Notes: generated by a model not told the origin, from the sequence alone. DNA of 64,000 bases from Octopus sinensis (GCF_006345805.1 NC_043000.1:27218001-27282000); one strand, 5' to 3'; shown: positions 27,698-41,585, counted from the stretch's first letter. Numbers and translations are program-made.

Positions 27698-29009
27698 GAA
27701 TTCGCAGGTTTGCGGGTAAGTGAACGAATGCAAAATGAAAAGTAACATATTTTGACATTTTGACTTTGTATTCAAATATTTCGATACTAAATCATTTATC
27801 ACTTCCGTCGACACAATTACGATTCAAACGCTAATTTTTTGAAGAAGAAATGTGTGACGTGTAGAATAGCTGCGTTAAATGATCTAATCAGCACAGTTCA
27901 GATAATGTCTGTTGATAATATGCGAATTCTGCATTTATTTCTTTGGCCTTGAAAATAACCATTCTTTCGTTGTTTGACAGAAGCAATATCTGTAAGAATA
28001 TCCAGTTTAATGCAGATGTAACTTTTGCGAATAATCTAACGATGTTAGATGTCCTTATTGTAAATCACATTATGCATTGCGTAGGCTCAGAAACATGTTC
28101 ACATTGTTAATAAGAAAGATGGGTAACGCTTGGTCATTATTACTATAAGAGTCGAAGCTCAAACAAGTATTTTCGCATACAACGTTCAGTATATCCCGTC
28201 TACGTATTCAGTTCTTTTCTACGGATGGCTTGGTGAGTTCCAACGTTTGTTTCATCAAGTTTAGTAATCTTAAATAACAAGTATTGTCGGAATGTTCAAC
28301 CGTATTTCGAATAATTTTCTGAAACCAATATCCAAACAAGAATGCTGTGCAAACTTGTCTTGGCGTTTTTGGAATTTCTTGATTTTGGAAGATCTATAGT
28401 TTAATGACAGTTATTTCCGATGGGAATCTTTGGAGGATGTGTCGGGAGAATACACCCCCACTACGCACGAGTTGGCTAGGAATAGCGGGCGGTAAAATGA
28501 ATAGAAGGATGAATAGTTTACCATTGCATTAGACTATTCACTGTCTGCGTCTGTGTAAAAATTCTTTTCCATTTTGTAAGTAGTTAGTCTTGGCTCTGCT
28601 AGATAGGGCTGATTTGTTTTAGACGAATAGACTCCTACTGGTAGCTTTCTTTTAGAAGCTGATATTAATGGATGATTCTGTATGATTTCGAGTCGGAAAT
28701 TGAATAGAAAGAGAGAGAAAGATAGAAAAGGAACGGATTCGGTATCGTCGGGATGCTTAACTTCATAGTCTGTGTTTGTTGACGTTGATGAATATGTTAA
28801 ATATGCTAATTGCCTCCTCTCGAGTAGAAGCCAGCATGAGAATGTCATCTACATATCTGGAGTAGGAAACTAAGGAATAACAGAATTCAAAATCAATGTT
28901 TATTTTAAAAGGAATCGTAATCAGTGCTAATTCAACATTTCAAATCAATGTTGATTCAATGCTTAATCAACGTCAACATTGCATCTGGAGTAGATTTACA
29001 CAAATATGT

Positions 29010-29220
29010 TCCGGTATTTTTTTGTATTTTATGGGAGTGGTCTATCGATCATAAATGACATATTTCATCGATATGTAAATTATTCTGATTGTTTCACTTT
29101 ACATTTTAATTTTTGAATATGTAAATTATGTTTTACAAATAGTTATATATTTTCATGGGAACAAACTGTTAAATTCTCAGAGTGACGAGACGATCTTTTA
29201 TCAACCGCTTAAAGTAATTT
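29010..29220. repeat. Dispersed ~200-bp repeat (second copy 38411-38585) followed by (TTA)n 29221-29317
   Basis: gggagtggtctatcg, atcgatatgtaa, caaactgttaaattctcaga and tatcaacc.ctta are shared in the same order. Confidence 0.7.
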
Positions 29221-29247
29221 TTATTATTACTATTATTATTATTATTA

Positions 29248-29318
<71 letters not shown>

Positions 29319-31486
29319 TTCAAAAGATGTGTTTGAAATGTATGCTGCTTAATCCCAATGCTGACATCAGAACAGAAGACTAACTTTGTGTATTTCACAA
29401 AATTCTAAGTTAATTTCAATCTGTAGTGATTTCTAGGTGGTCTGAAACAAAGTAGAATTTTGTAAACATTTCAAAATTGTAAGCTAGTAAATCGTGCCAG
29501 CATGGCGTAACGTTCTTCCGTTTCCTGACTTGCCACGCACTTGCTTGTTATCACATTTGAATATTGGTGTGATTGCTGACGGTAGCAAATACGCTCACGT
29601 CGCTGCATGGGTCCCAATGCTGTGATATTGGAGGAAATGAAGTAAGTGTATCTAATCACTAGCAATTCAAACGAACATCAATCATAGCGATCTGTTTGAT
29701 TCGATAGTTACTTATAATACTCAAGTACAATGCTACTAAAACCTACATCAATCACATGCGCAAATATGAAGCTCATTCGGCTATAAATAGTGACCAAATC
29801 ACTTGTATTAAACTCTATCGACTAAACAGACATGTTGGGTAATACATTTCGCTAAAGGACGGGATACCTTTGCTTATAAGTTAGTCTGCTGCTCAAACAA
29901 CAGCAACAACATCATTGATTAAAGCAAGCAGAAATAAAAGAGCTGATATAATACTACAACGTGTTATCTTTCTTTCACCCGAGATAAAAACTACACGGAA
30001 CCATTATGGTCCAGATGTATTCGAAGCCATCATCCTAGTTTTAATTCCTGCTCACACATTTTTATTTTCAATTTTTTTTGTTGGGAACTGCAAAAATTAT
30101 TTCAACATGTGATACCGTAATTGAGAATAACATGTAACTAGAGTTTCTGAACATAACATCGTAAATAACCAATTGTTCGCACATTATCGTTATAAAATGA
30201 TGCTCTTCAGTCGGTGAAACAATCATAAACATAACTTTATTGTAGTGTTACAGCAGTGGCTAGTTATTTCTTTATAACCCGCGCTACAGTCGTTATAAAC
30301 CACAGCAGTGCCATTACAAACCGTATGCACAAGTTCCTTAATAACATATCTTTCTCTAGCCAGGTTGATTTATTTCCAATACAATAAATGCAATCTAATT
30401 GATAAACAAATCAAAACAATAATGAACAATGAAAAAAAAACCCAAAAAGACGGCGATATTAATTGAAGATGACGGACAAAAGCAAACAAACACGTAATGA
30501 GCATTCTATTAAATATTAATTTTCTTCCCTGAAATTAAAGCGCAAGTTATTGTGTTATCAAAACTGTTATTCTGAAAATAACAATGATTTTGTATTTCCT
30601 TCGAAATAATTTCATTTTTCAAAAAATAAAAATAAAACATTATCGAATCAGGAATCAAGTTTCCTTTTAAATAATTGAAAGGCCTGTTTCGTTCATTACT
30701 TAGTTTCGCGTTTCATTTTTCACGGGTTGATTATTTTATAAACTCTGTTAGGACGGAAACGTAAACAGAAGCCATAGAACATGGAATATTTAAAATTGGA
30801 TTGCATGAATAAACAACAACCGAGTAGTCAGATGAGAAAAAAAAGAAAGCTTTTTAAAATAAAACTAAAGAAAAAATACTGAAAATAAAAAGCAATATTT
30901 CTGATATATTAATGTAGACGTGTAATCGATCTGATAAATATTAATGATCTGAATCTTATCTGGAATAATACATGACATAACTTCTAGGGTAACACCCTTT
31001 CTCTCTATAGCCATTAGGAAAAAGTATCTTTTTTATAAATCACGTTATAAAGCCGTGTAGAAATAAATTACTGAATACTCTCCATTTTCTTTTAATTTCA
31101 GTTACGTGTATTAATTTAGAAGTTACATCTAACACTAAAAGGATTTATGCTTCGACAGAAACCGAACTTAAATAGAAAAGCTATTGTGTTCGTCGTAATT
31201 CAGCTACAAATCACAGTGTTTCTATAATTAATATTTTTTACTCTTGTTATACATACAAGCATTCCAAAGCATTTTGATTAGATTTTAATGATAACTTGTG
31301 ACACCTATCTACAAACAATCATTGTTATTGATAAATATCACATGCATGCAAACATACATATACACACATGCGTACATATATATATATATATATTGATAGA
31401 AATGGCAAGTCAAAAAAAGAATGAAAGAGACCTTGATATGATGTAAATAGAGGAAAAGATTTTCATAGCATTTTTTTCGATGGCTC

Positions 31487-31547
31487 GATAGCTGAAGAGA
31501 TCCTGGCGTGGGTTTCCGCCCCAACATCCGAAACTCGGAGTTTTATC
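31487..31547 (+). ncRNA. Type I hammerhead ribozyme motif
   Basis: gatag-CTGAAGA-gat...atcc-GAAA-ctcggag-TT-ttatc. Stem I 5 bp, near-palindromic helix III. Confidence 0.6.
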
Positions 31548-32960
31548 ATGCTTACCGAATAATTGTCACATTATATTTACACACACACACACATATGTAC
31601 ATATATATGTATATACACATATACTCAAATATGTATATACATGTACATATACATATAAAGTTGTCGTACGAGAAAATGTTTAAATGTAACCAGTTGAAAA
31701 TAAATGAATTTACAATAATTTCCATGTAAGAAAATGTTTTTTTCTTGTAACTGCTTGTGTAATAATGTGTATTCGCATAGAAGATAAAAAAAAGTAATGA
31801 ATACTGTTCATGTACTACAACGAAGGAACATGGGATCATACCCCAGCATAGGCAACATCATAGTAATTCCTTAGCAACATTACTGTCACCATCAATATTT
31901 GTACAACTACAATTCTAACGACTACCATAGCTTGGCTGATGATTGTATTAGGCACGATAATTATTTCGCTGTTTTATTTTATGAACTGATGATAATATTT
32001 AATATAAACATCAATTAGTCCGAATGTCAATATATGATATTTAATTTTTTTTTAAAATTGCATACAAGAATCTCACAGTGCCAGGGTGCGGGTTAAGTGA
32101 TACATTTGATATGAGCAATTTTCTTAAAAATTAGAAATTTTATTCAGTAACGAGGTTACAAATCCCGCCAAGTCAAATAAAAGAAGAAATAAAAAAAAAG
32201 AGGAATCATGTGCAATTATATTTATATACCGTAGGAAATCGCGACAAATTTGTTTTTTAATTGAATCTATGAATCTAATTATATTGGTGTCTTGCCAATA
32301 TATATAGCAGCCAAAAATATCACCTTCATCTTATTACACCTGGTGGGACTGAATCTGGATATATAAGTACCTTCCCTATGAACATAACACCAACACATAC
32401 CATTGGCGGGCTGACGAGGGGGAACCTTTGATGCAGTCGCTCGGTAGCAGCCAAATCTCTAGCCCTTCTAACTTATATAAATATATTTTAACACATCATT
32501 ATATAACAAATATAGGGCCAGTTTTAATATTGATAATATTGATAGAGGGTGGTAATGTCTGATACGCCTTTGAAAATAAACACGTTTGATCAAGACACCA
32601 GGTGGTTAGTTACCCGCCATTGTCTTCTGGGCTGGATATCACACACTTTATACTTCTAGATTTTAAACTCCCACATATTTTAACGATTATTAATGCATAC
32701 GCTTAAATTAATATTAATGATGTCCACGAATTCTAAATTGACATTTAAATAAGCATTAATATTTAAATGTTCCAATTGCCAGTCACGCCATCCATTACGC
32801 CCCTAATTTCCTCAAGAGAAGAGGAACCACCTAGTTTATTTTCTTTTTAAATTAATTGTTTTATATACATTGTTCCAATCGCGTAAAGTCACTCAACACA
32901 CACACACACACACACACACCACACACACACACACACACATATGTATGTATATGTATATAT

Positions 32961-33360
32961 ACTCTTTTATTCCTTTACTTGTTTCAGTAATTTGACTGTG
33001 GCCATGCTGGAGCACCTCCATTAGTCGAGCAAATCGACCCCATGACTTATTCTCTGTAAGCCTAGTATTTATTTTATCGGTCTATTTTGCTTAACCGCTA
33101 AGTTACGGGCACGTAAACTCACTAGCATCGGTCGTCAAGCGATGTTGGTGGGACAAACACAGACGTACAAACATATACACACATACTTATATACGTATAT
33201 ACGACGGGTTTCTTTCAGTTTCCGTCCACCAAATCCGCTCACAAGGCTTTGGTCGACTCCAGACTATAGTAGAAGACACTTGCTCAAGGTGCCATGCAGT
33301 GGGACTGAACCCGGACCCACGTGGTTCGTAAGCAATATACTTACCACACAGCCACTCCTA
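32961..33360 (-). mobile_element. SINE family C, full length
   Basis: Collinear with 36644-37095. Confidence 0.9.
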
Positions 33361-33391
33361 CGCCTATGTATGTACATACATACATACATAC

Positions 33392-33457
<66 letters not shown>

Positions 33458-33458
<1 letters not shown>

Positions 33459-34007
33459 AATATTATTGGTGAATTGAAGAAATGGAGCTGAACGAAGATT
33501 GAACAGAAATCGTTTTATTTCATTCTACACGTGTTTCGAAAGGCACAATTTACCAAAATCCGATTGAATAATGAGACCATATTGTGTCTTTCTCTTCAGG
33601 AAGAAATAGGAAATCCGTTGGAAAAAACAAAAACAGAACAGAGGCGGAGCAAAACAAATCGAACTAGGCTCCTAAGAGCCCATGGCAAAACTGTTTATCA
33701 GTGTATGTTGAGAACCGGTGGCTGAAGAATTTAACGGGTCAGGCAGCGGTAATTCATGTGGGTGAGGGTGTGTAGATGTTCTTTGTGACCGAGAATAAAG
33801 TTCTGACTATTTAAGGAATATTCGTTCAGCTCCATTTCTTCAATTCACCAATAATATTTTAATTTCAATTATCCGCACCAACGCACGGTTGCAACACCAT
33901 ATGGTTGTACCTCCAACCGTACTGTCTTCTGCTGTGATTTTTGCTACCAAGGTATCGGTTAAACTTTTGATTAATCTGCTACAAGATTATTCATCTTCCT
34001 ATTTCAC

Positions 34008-34010
<3 letters not shown>
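33458..34010. mobile_element. Fold-back PLE pseudo-LTR-like cassette within (TA)n
   Basis: Perfect 39-bp inverted repeat 33458-33496/33821-33859, a ~150-bp one-sided extension, (TA)n on both sides and an internal HHR. Confidence 0.75.
33517..33607 (-). ncRNA. Type I hammerhead ribozyme, canonical core
   Basis: atttcttc-CTGAAGA-gaaagacacaat...attgtgcctttc-GAAA-cacgtg-TA-gaatgaaat. Stem II 11 of 12 bp paired, palindromic helix III, GUA triplet. Confidence 0.8.
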
Positions 34011-34047
<37 letters not shown>

Positions 34048-34050
<3 letters not shown>

Positions 34051-35651
34051 TGGCAGCCAAAATGTTCAGAACGGCATTGTTTTCGTAAGAAAAGTAGATA
34101 TAATCTTTTATCAAAGTTGTTTTATATTCTATAATTTTTACAGACAATAAATACGATATTATTTGTTATTGCCTGAGATTTGGGTGTAATTTAAGAGGAT
34201 ACTACAAAAGTTATGGATGATTTAGTGATTTACTGCAAAACCCATGGCGGCCAAAATGATCAGAACGGTTGCTTTTACTCTGTGTTTTAGTATATTTAAC
34301 CGGCGAACTCTAATGTTTTGAATTTGTTTACGTGATGGTTCGTTTACTAAACATTAGTAAGAATATTTGCAGTGTACTTTGTTAATATAATGCCACTTAC
34401 TCCGTTACCAATTCGTCAGCAGATTATTAAGCTTCGAAGGAAGGATAATTTAAGTATTGTATCTATTGCAAAGATTGTTAACAACTCACAAAGTGTTGTT
34501 CACGGTATCCTTAAGGTTTGCGATGACTGTGGTTCGTGTGAAGGAAGAAAGTTTACAGGTAGGCCAAGAAAAACGATCAAGAGAGAAGATCGTGCTATAG
34601 TAAAGTTGGTTAAAAAGGACAGATTTAAAACTGCTGCTGCTGTTTCTCGGAAAATGAGCATTGTATTGAAGAAAACTTTATCTCGAAAAACTGTGTCTCG
34701 TCGTTTAGTTGAACATGACCTGCAAGCAAGAGCACCTGCAGTGAAGCTACTGATCAGCTCCAAGAATAAAAGTGTCGTCTTACCTTTGCAACCGAACATG
34801 TGTTGTGGTCTCAGTTTCTCAGAATCTAAGTTTATGTTATTTGGCTCAGATGGGAAAAGGTATGTTCGTAGAAAAGTAGGTGAAAAATTGTCGCCTCAAT
34901 GCCTTAAAACTAGTATTAAATTCAGTGGAGGAAGTGTCATGGTTTGGGGGATGATATCTGGAGATGGTGTGGGCCCTTTGGTGCGATTACATAGAAAGGT
35001 AAATGCAGGAGTTTATAAGCAACTTGTAAAAGATCATGTCTTGCCTGTGCTGAGGAATTCAACTAAGCGACCACCCATATTCATGCTGGACAATGCCCCA
35101 TGTCACAAGGCTAAGGTGGTCATGAACTTCCTCAAGGCTGAAAAGGTTATTATTATGGATTGGCCGGCTCAAAGCTCAGATCTCAATCCTATTGAAAATG
35201 TATGGAATATTCTGGGAGAACGTTCGAAAGCCAGAAATCCTAAAACAACTGAGCAATTATGGAATGCCCTTCAGGAAGAATGGAATAAGATCACCCAATA
35301 AGAAATTGAAAATTTAATTTCCTCATGCAGTCGAAGATGTCAGAGTGTGATTGAAGCTAAAGGGCTTCACACTAAATATTAAATAATTCCAGTATTTTCT
35401 GTCATTTTTGATTATTTTGTTATTTTTCAACCATTCTGATCATTTTGGCCGCCATGGGTTTTGCAGTAAATCACTAAATCATCCATAACTTTTGTATTAT
35501 CCACTCAAATTACACTAAAATCCCAGACAATAACAATTAATATTGTATTTATTGTCTGTGAAAATTATAGAATATAAACCTACTTTGATAAAAACTTATA
35601 CTTACTTTTCTGACGAAAACAATGCCGTTCTGAACATTTTGACCGCAACTG
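34048..35651 (+). mobile_element. Tc1 DNA transposon, full length, IR/DR-type ends
   Basis: ~224-bp inverted repeats 34048-34271/35428-35651, CAGT termini, TA flanks. Outer and inner direct repeats ggc.gccaaaatg.tcagaacgg. Confidence 0.95.
34390..35382 (+). pseudogene. Tc1 DD34E transposase, inactivated
   Basis: HTH plus GRPRK, VMVWG, DNAPCH-x-DLNPIE with 34-residue D-E spacing. FS-ESKF lacks the first Asp. Premature TAA at 35299-35301 is followed by EIENLISSCSRRCQSVIEAKGLHTKY*. Confidence 0.93.
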
Positions 35652-35667
35652 TATATATATATATATA

Positions 35668-36134
35668 CTAGCATTAAAGACCCGTTGTTACCGGGTCATT
35701 GTGCTAGTGCATGTATATATGTGTATATATATATGTGTACGTATTACATGTACATCTATATACTCTTTACTCTTTTACTTGTTTCAGTCATTTGACTGCG
35801 GCCATGCTGGAGCACCGCCTTTAGTCGAGCAAGTCGACCCCGAGACTTATTCTTTGTAAGCCCAGTACTTATTCTATCGATCTCTTTTGTCGAACCGCTA
35901 AGTAACGAGGACGTAAACACACCTATACTGAAATAGTGGAGAAGATATGATATTGCTATGGGCTCGCTCTAGGCAAGAAGTTGAACATTTTTTTGCCTAT
36001 GAAACTACATGGCCCCTAAGTAAGGCATGTGTAAAATTTGAATGAAATTGGTTGTGTAGTTCTCAAGGTTTAGGGAAACACACAGACAGACAGACAGACA
36101 GACACACTCACATTCTCAGTTTTATATATATATA
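35668..36134 (-). mobile_element. Non-autonomous Helitron-like element interrupted by a SINE C fragment (35762-35923)
   Basis: Minus strand: 5-prime TCTATATATATAAAA plus (GTCT)n; 3-prime gacccg/cgggtc hairpin and CTAG end; A|T insertion site. Confidence 0.65.
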
Positions 36135-36643
36135 GATATATATATATATATATATACATATATACAGAGAGAGAGAGGGAGAGAGAGGGGGAGAGAGAGA
36201 TGGAGGGAGAGAGAGTGAGGGAGGAATATAGAGAGGGAGGAAGAGAGAGAGGGAGGGAGATAGATAGAGGGAGGGAGAGAGAATCCAAGGTGTAGTTCTG
36301 TGCTGGGAAGATTTGCATTGTGCGTGTGTGTTTCTTTGTTGCTGTACATTTGCATTCGTCAGTCACGCTCATGTTTCTAACGATGAAATGTCGTCTACTT
36401 TGTCTGTCACACTTACCCAATTGGAGAATAAGTGTATGTAGCTAATCTTAAAATTGATCCATTTTTATATCATCCGGATACTCAATTAAGATACTTTAAT
36501 CCATATAGGAATATGTATTAGTATACTTTCTGTTCTTCTAGTACCCGATATTTTCTTGTGTCTATAAATGTTTAAAATATATTCAACCACAGGTATCGGT
36601 TATATCCTAGAGAAATTGCTGGCAGTAAACCTTCAGTCGATGT

Positions 36644-37095
36644 CTCTCTTTACTCTCTTTACTCTTTTACTTGTTTCAGTCATTTGACTGCGGCCATGCT
36701 GGAGCACCACCTTTAATCGCGCAACTCGACCCCGGGACTTATTCTTTTGTAAGCCCAATACTTATTCTATCGGTCTCTTTTGCCGAACTGCTAAGTAACG
36801 GGGACTTAAACACACCAGCATCGGTTGTCAAGCAATGCTAGGGGGACAAACACAGACACACAAACAACACACATACATATATATATATATTTATATATAT
36901 ATATTTATATATATATATATATATATACATATATACGACAGGCTTCTTTCAGTTTCCGTCTACCAAATCCGCTCACAAGGCACTGGTCGGCCCGGGGCTA
37001 TAGCAGAAGACACTAGCCCAAGATGCCACGCAGTGGGACTGAATCCGGAACCATGCGGCTGGTTAGCAAGCTACTTACCACACAGCCACTCCTGC
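36644..37095 (-). mobile_element. SINE family C, full length
   Basis: Complete head, internal (TA)n and gagtaaaa-type tail repeats. Confidence 0.9.
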
Positions 37096-37391
37096 GACTA
37101 TTGACTATTTCATAATAGTTTCACCTAAACCGTACGAGAGACGGTTCTAATGGGCTCTACAGCATCTAGGTCATGATATTAAATTTTAATCCTATATTTT
37201 AAACGCAGTTTTGAATTTCAAAATACTGCACTTTTCTAAATAGGTACTCTAAACCATATTACTAAACAGTAACTTTTTCTAATGTATTTCTTCGTGCATT
37301 GGGTGTATAACATATCTTGTTTTTTTTTCTACAAGGTTTTAAAACGAAAAGTTCAGAGTCTCATAAACTCTGACTAAGATTTTGCTTCTGA

Positions 37392-37413
37392 TAATCATTA
37401 TTATCAACATCAC

Positions 37414-37464
<51 letters not shown>

Positions 37465-37468
37465 CTTA

Positions 37469-37523
<55 letters not shown>

Positions 37524-37531
37524 TATCATCA

Positions 37532-37606
<75 letters not shown>

Positions 37607-37841
37607 CATTATTATTATCATTATTATTATTATTATTATTATGGTCAACTGGTTTGGGTCAAGCAACTGACAAGCAAATCTGTGGTATTGAGTAGAATAT
37701 TTGCTGTAGTCCATCTTTTATATCATGACGAAAACAGTGTACGTGATAACACTTCCAATCAGTTAAGATCAGAAGCCAAGAGAGCCCCTGCCTGGTACGG
37801 CACCAGGGCATTATTATTATTATTGTTATTATTGTTGTTGT

Positions 37842-37872
<31 letters not shown>

Positions 37873-37886
37873 ATTATTATTATTAT
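37392..37886. repeat. (TTA)n/(TTG)n arrays containing a family D fragment (37645-37810)
   Basis: caactgacaagcaaatc...acacttccaatcagttaagatcaga matches 18370-18515. Confidence 0.85.
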
Positions 37887-38420
37887 TCACCAGTTAGTTT
37901 TTTTTCAGGCAAGTTTCTACTGCATCACTTGCTACACCTTCGTGCTGCTGGGATGCGTGCAGCATTATGGGTTCCTTTTTTGTTGTTGTGTGAGTGTAAA
38001 CTCTGCCGAGTATTGTATTGTGTCACTTTCTTTTGTTATGGGTTCTGGTGCAGTATTTCGTTTTATTTGTGTTTGTATTGTTTGTTGTATGTGTAATGCG
38101 TTGGTTAAAAAATAGGCTGCTGGTTGTTGTTTATTTTATTGGATATTTGTTATATAGACCGTGTCTTGTGCCTGTGGATTGTTTTGCTTGGGTTGTATTA
38201 TTAAATTGATAATGACTTGCGTTGGATGTGGGCGGTTGACATTTAAGCAGGGATATTTTGGGGGGATAGTGTAGAGTGGTAAGTGCTCAGATACAGCTTC
38301 TACATTTTTGTTCATATGCTTTTTTTCATCATGACCAATGCTCCAATCATTTCTGTTATTGTTTTCACCTTCATACCCCCACATCTTGAAAACTTTAATT
38401 TCGAATTTTTGTATTTTCTG
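37887..38420 (-). pseudogene. R4/Dong-like LINE 3-prime end terminating in (TAA)n
   Basis: Minus: KYK-FEIKVFKMWG-MKVKTITEMIGALVMMKK (C-terminal KY..EI..MW..IGALG motif), then a UTR ending A-run..ggtg(AAT)n. Confidence 0.7.
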
Positions 38421-39360
38421 GGAGTGGTCTATCGCTCCATATATAACATTTTAATCGATATGTAAGTTATACGGATTGTCCCACCTTACATTTGCGAACA
38501 TTCAAAATTGTTATATACTTTCATGTTATCAAACTGTTAAATTCTCAGAATAAAAATCTATTATCAACCACTTAAAAGTAATTTTTTTTTCATTTTTTTC
38601 TACAACAGCTCTACTCACAAGGATCATCCATTCCTCTCGTGACGGGTGGGGGAAGGTAGAGACAAGTAGCAAGTAAATGTAAACGCTGTAATGAAGAGGC
38701 CGTGTCTGGTGAATGAGAAAATTTTTATTTTACGGCAAGATCACGCATTGCACACAACAAAGTAAGGATAGACGAATCAGTTTTAAAATGTGAATTTTAA
38801 TAATTTGTACCACAACGTTGAGAAAAACGACAGTTTCTATATGTGCATACACTTCGCGAATTTCGTTAAATGAATGGTGAATTTTGATGGATGAAGTTTT
38901 TGTTCGAGTGATACAGAAGAGCCTCGTCAGCATTTTCATCACCGTTGAAAACAATATAGAAGCAGGAAATAGAAGCTGTACGAAATAAAAGCTGCCTATA
39001 ACATATAATTTCTGTATGGTAAAAGTATACGAACCTTGACCAGCACCGACTTGCTAGAATTCTTCATCCGGTTGCGAGATAGAAGAAATGTCACAGACCC
39101 GTGCATCTGCATGAAACTTTGGAAACCAACGAAATGTTACCTTGGCTAATGTATAATGTGAGGCCTTCTACATAAATCAATGTAGTTCCCGTGGATCCGT
39201 AAATATAGCATCACTTAGTGTATTAATATTTTTCTGCCAAAGCGTAGGTGCAAATAGACATAAGTAAAGAGGGGTAAATTATATAACTAACGCTGAGTAT
39301 TCTGATCACATTATTGAAACACATTATTGAAAACAATTGTTCGATTTCCTACTTCATCAT

Positions 39361-39541
39361 AGGAGTGGCTGTGTGGTAAGTAGCTTGCTTAGCAACCACA
39401 TGGTTTCGGGTTCAGTCCCACTGCGTGGCACCTTGGGCAAGTATCTTTTACTATAGCCTTGTGAATGGATTTGGTAGACGGAAACTGAAAGAAGCCCCTA
39501 GTATATATGTATGTATGTATGTATGAATGTATGTATGTATG

Positions 39542-39587
<46 letters not shown>

Positions 39588-39852
39588 AGTGTGTGTGTGT
39601 GTATGTGGGTGTGTGCGTATGTTTGTGTGTATATATGTTTGTGTGTCTGTGTTTGTCCTCCCAACATCGCTTGACAACCGATGCTGGTGTGTTTACGTCC
39701 CCGTAATATTAGCGGTTCGGCAAAAGTGCCCGTTAGAATAAATACCAGGCTTACAAAGAATAAGTCCTGCTCTACTAAGATTTGCTCTACTAAAGGCGGT
39801 GCTCCAGCATGGCCACACTCAAATGACTGAAACAAGTAAAAGAGTAAAAGAG
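39361..39852 (+). mobile_element. SINE family C, full length
   Basis: aggagtggctgtgtggtaag...gggttcagtcccactgcgtggcaccttgggcaagt...atgactgaaacaagtaaaagagtaaaaga. Confidence 0.9.
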
Positions 39853-40400
39853 ATATTATTTTCTCCCTTGTATTCCCCCTCTATGTCATTGACGATTTTC
39901 CGGCTCAAAATCAATCACATAAGCGCACGCAAGGAGTCTACACTACAATAAAATTTTCTTTCTCAAACATAAATATTGCTTATGTACAAAATTTAGTTTG
40001 ACTCTACAATATAAACTAAAGTATGTTTAGATTCAGAACAATTTTCACTGATCAATAACTAACACAAATGAATCATTCTTTTCTGATATTTATTCTTATT
40101 TTTTCTTATTTTTTTATTCTGGCTTGTCAAGACTATTTGTGATCGTAAACTTTTACGAATAAATTAACATCTTATTCTAGTATTATCCTTTTATGCTATC
40201 CAACATATCCATTAGAAAATAACTCAGAAACAAACTGTGGTTCATTTCCTTTTCATCTATGATATATACATAATAACAATGCGTTTATGAGCTAAATATC
40301 TCAATACACAACGAAATAAAATATTTCCATATTTAGCCATCAATATGTTTTTCGAGAAAAGCAATCCCAAGTGCCTTATATACATACATATAAATATATA

Positions 40401-40439
<39 letters not shown>

Positions 40440-40621
40440 ATATATATATATATTATATATATAGATATATATATATATATATATACACTATCACACACAT
40501 ATATATATGTATGTGTGCATGTGTGTGTGTTTATATACATGTTTATGCGTAACTATATATGTGTGTGCGCCCATGTGTGTGTAAGTGCGCGTGTGAGTGT
40601 ATGTGTGTGTGTGTGTGTATG

Positions 40622-41017
40622 TAAAAGCTCGTGGCTTAGTGGTTAGACGATTTGGCTCCCGATCGTACAATCGTGAGTTCAATTTAGGTGCCGCATTGTT
40701 TACTTTAGCAAATCACACTTTACTTCCCTTTTACTCCAGTCTACTCAGCTGGCAAAAATGAGCTCCGTAACGCCAAGCGCCAGCCTTGCTAAACACTGTG
40801 TCACGCTGAATCTCCCCGAGAACTACGTTAAGTGTACACGTGACAGTGGAGTGCTCAGCAACATGTATTTTAATTGCACGGGAAGGCTGCTCCATTGATC
40901 AGATCAACAGGAACTATCGTTGCCGTAACCGACATACTGCCACATATTTCACGAGCAGGCTTTCCGTTGTTCGGATCAACAAGAACACTCATTGTCATTA
41001 CTGAAGGAGTGCCCTAC
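40622..41017 (+). mobile_element. SINE family B with duplicated 3-prime end
   Basis: Head ggcttagtggttaga. The tail segment ggct..tcc.ttg.tc.gatcaaca.gaac occurs twice. Confidence 0.8.
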
Positions 41018-41585
41018 AATTTTTATATGAAGGAGTTAATAAATACAGTGGATTAACTTTTTAAAAAACTAGGTGCTATGTCAAGCAGAGAGTATTTTCT
41101 TCGCAGTGTCTCATGTGCCAATGAAACAAGAACAACCTTTGACATAACGAGGTGGAGGTAAACTTAAAGAGACAATTCTGAATATCAAAGTTTAACTAGA
41201 TTTGAACTTTCACACAAAATTTGCTCTCGAGAAATACATAAAAATACATAATTATCTCTATTTCGAGAAAAGGTGAAGAATTGAGCTACGAGCGCAAAAC
41301 ATTAAAAACATATATGTCATTACATCAAAACAAAATATTCTCTCAAATTTTATATATGTACATATATGTGAGTCAGTGAGTGCAAGTAGAGAGGTAGTGA
41401 GTAATGTATCTACGTGTCTGTGTGTGCAATTTTTGTGAGTGCTCGCATTCTTATTAAACGTAATTTGCACTGAAAAGTACAAGATAACATAACAAACACT
41501 AATTTGCCCTTTCATACTTCGCAAGTCAATATTGCACAAATATAGCAAAGGGGCAACTATTCGATAAGGATAACCATATCTATCT

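Noticed and set aside
30744-30769. tctgtt...GAAACGTA-aacaga, stem I-like
   Set aside because: The NUGANNA core and stem II are absent; may be chance.
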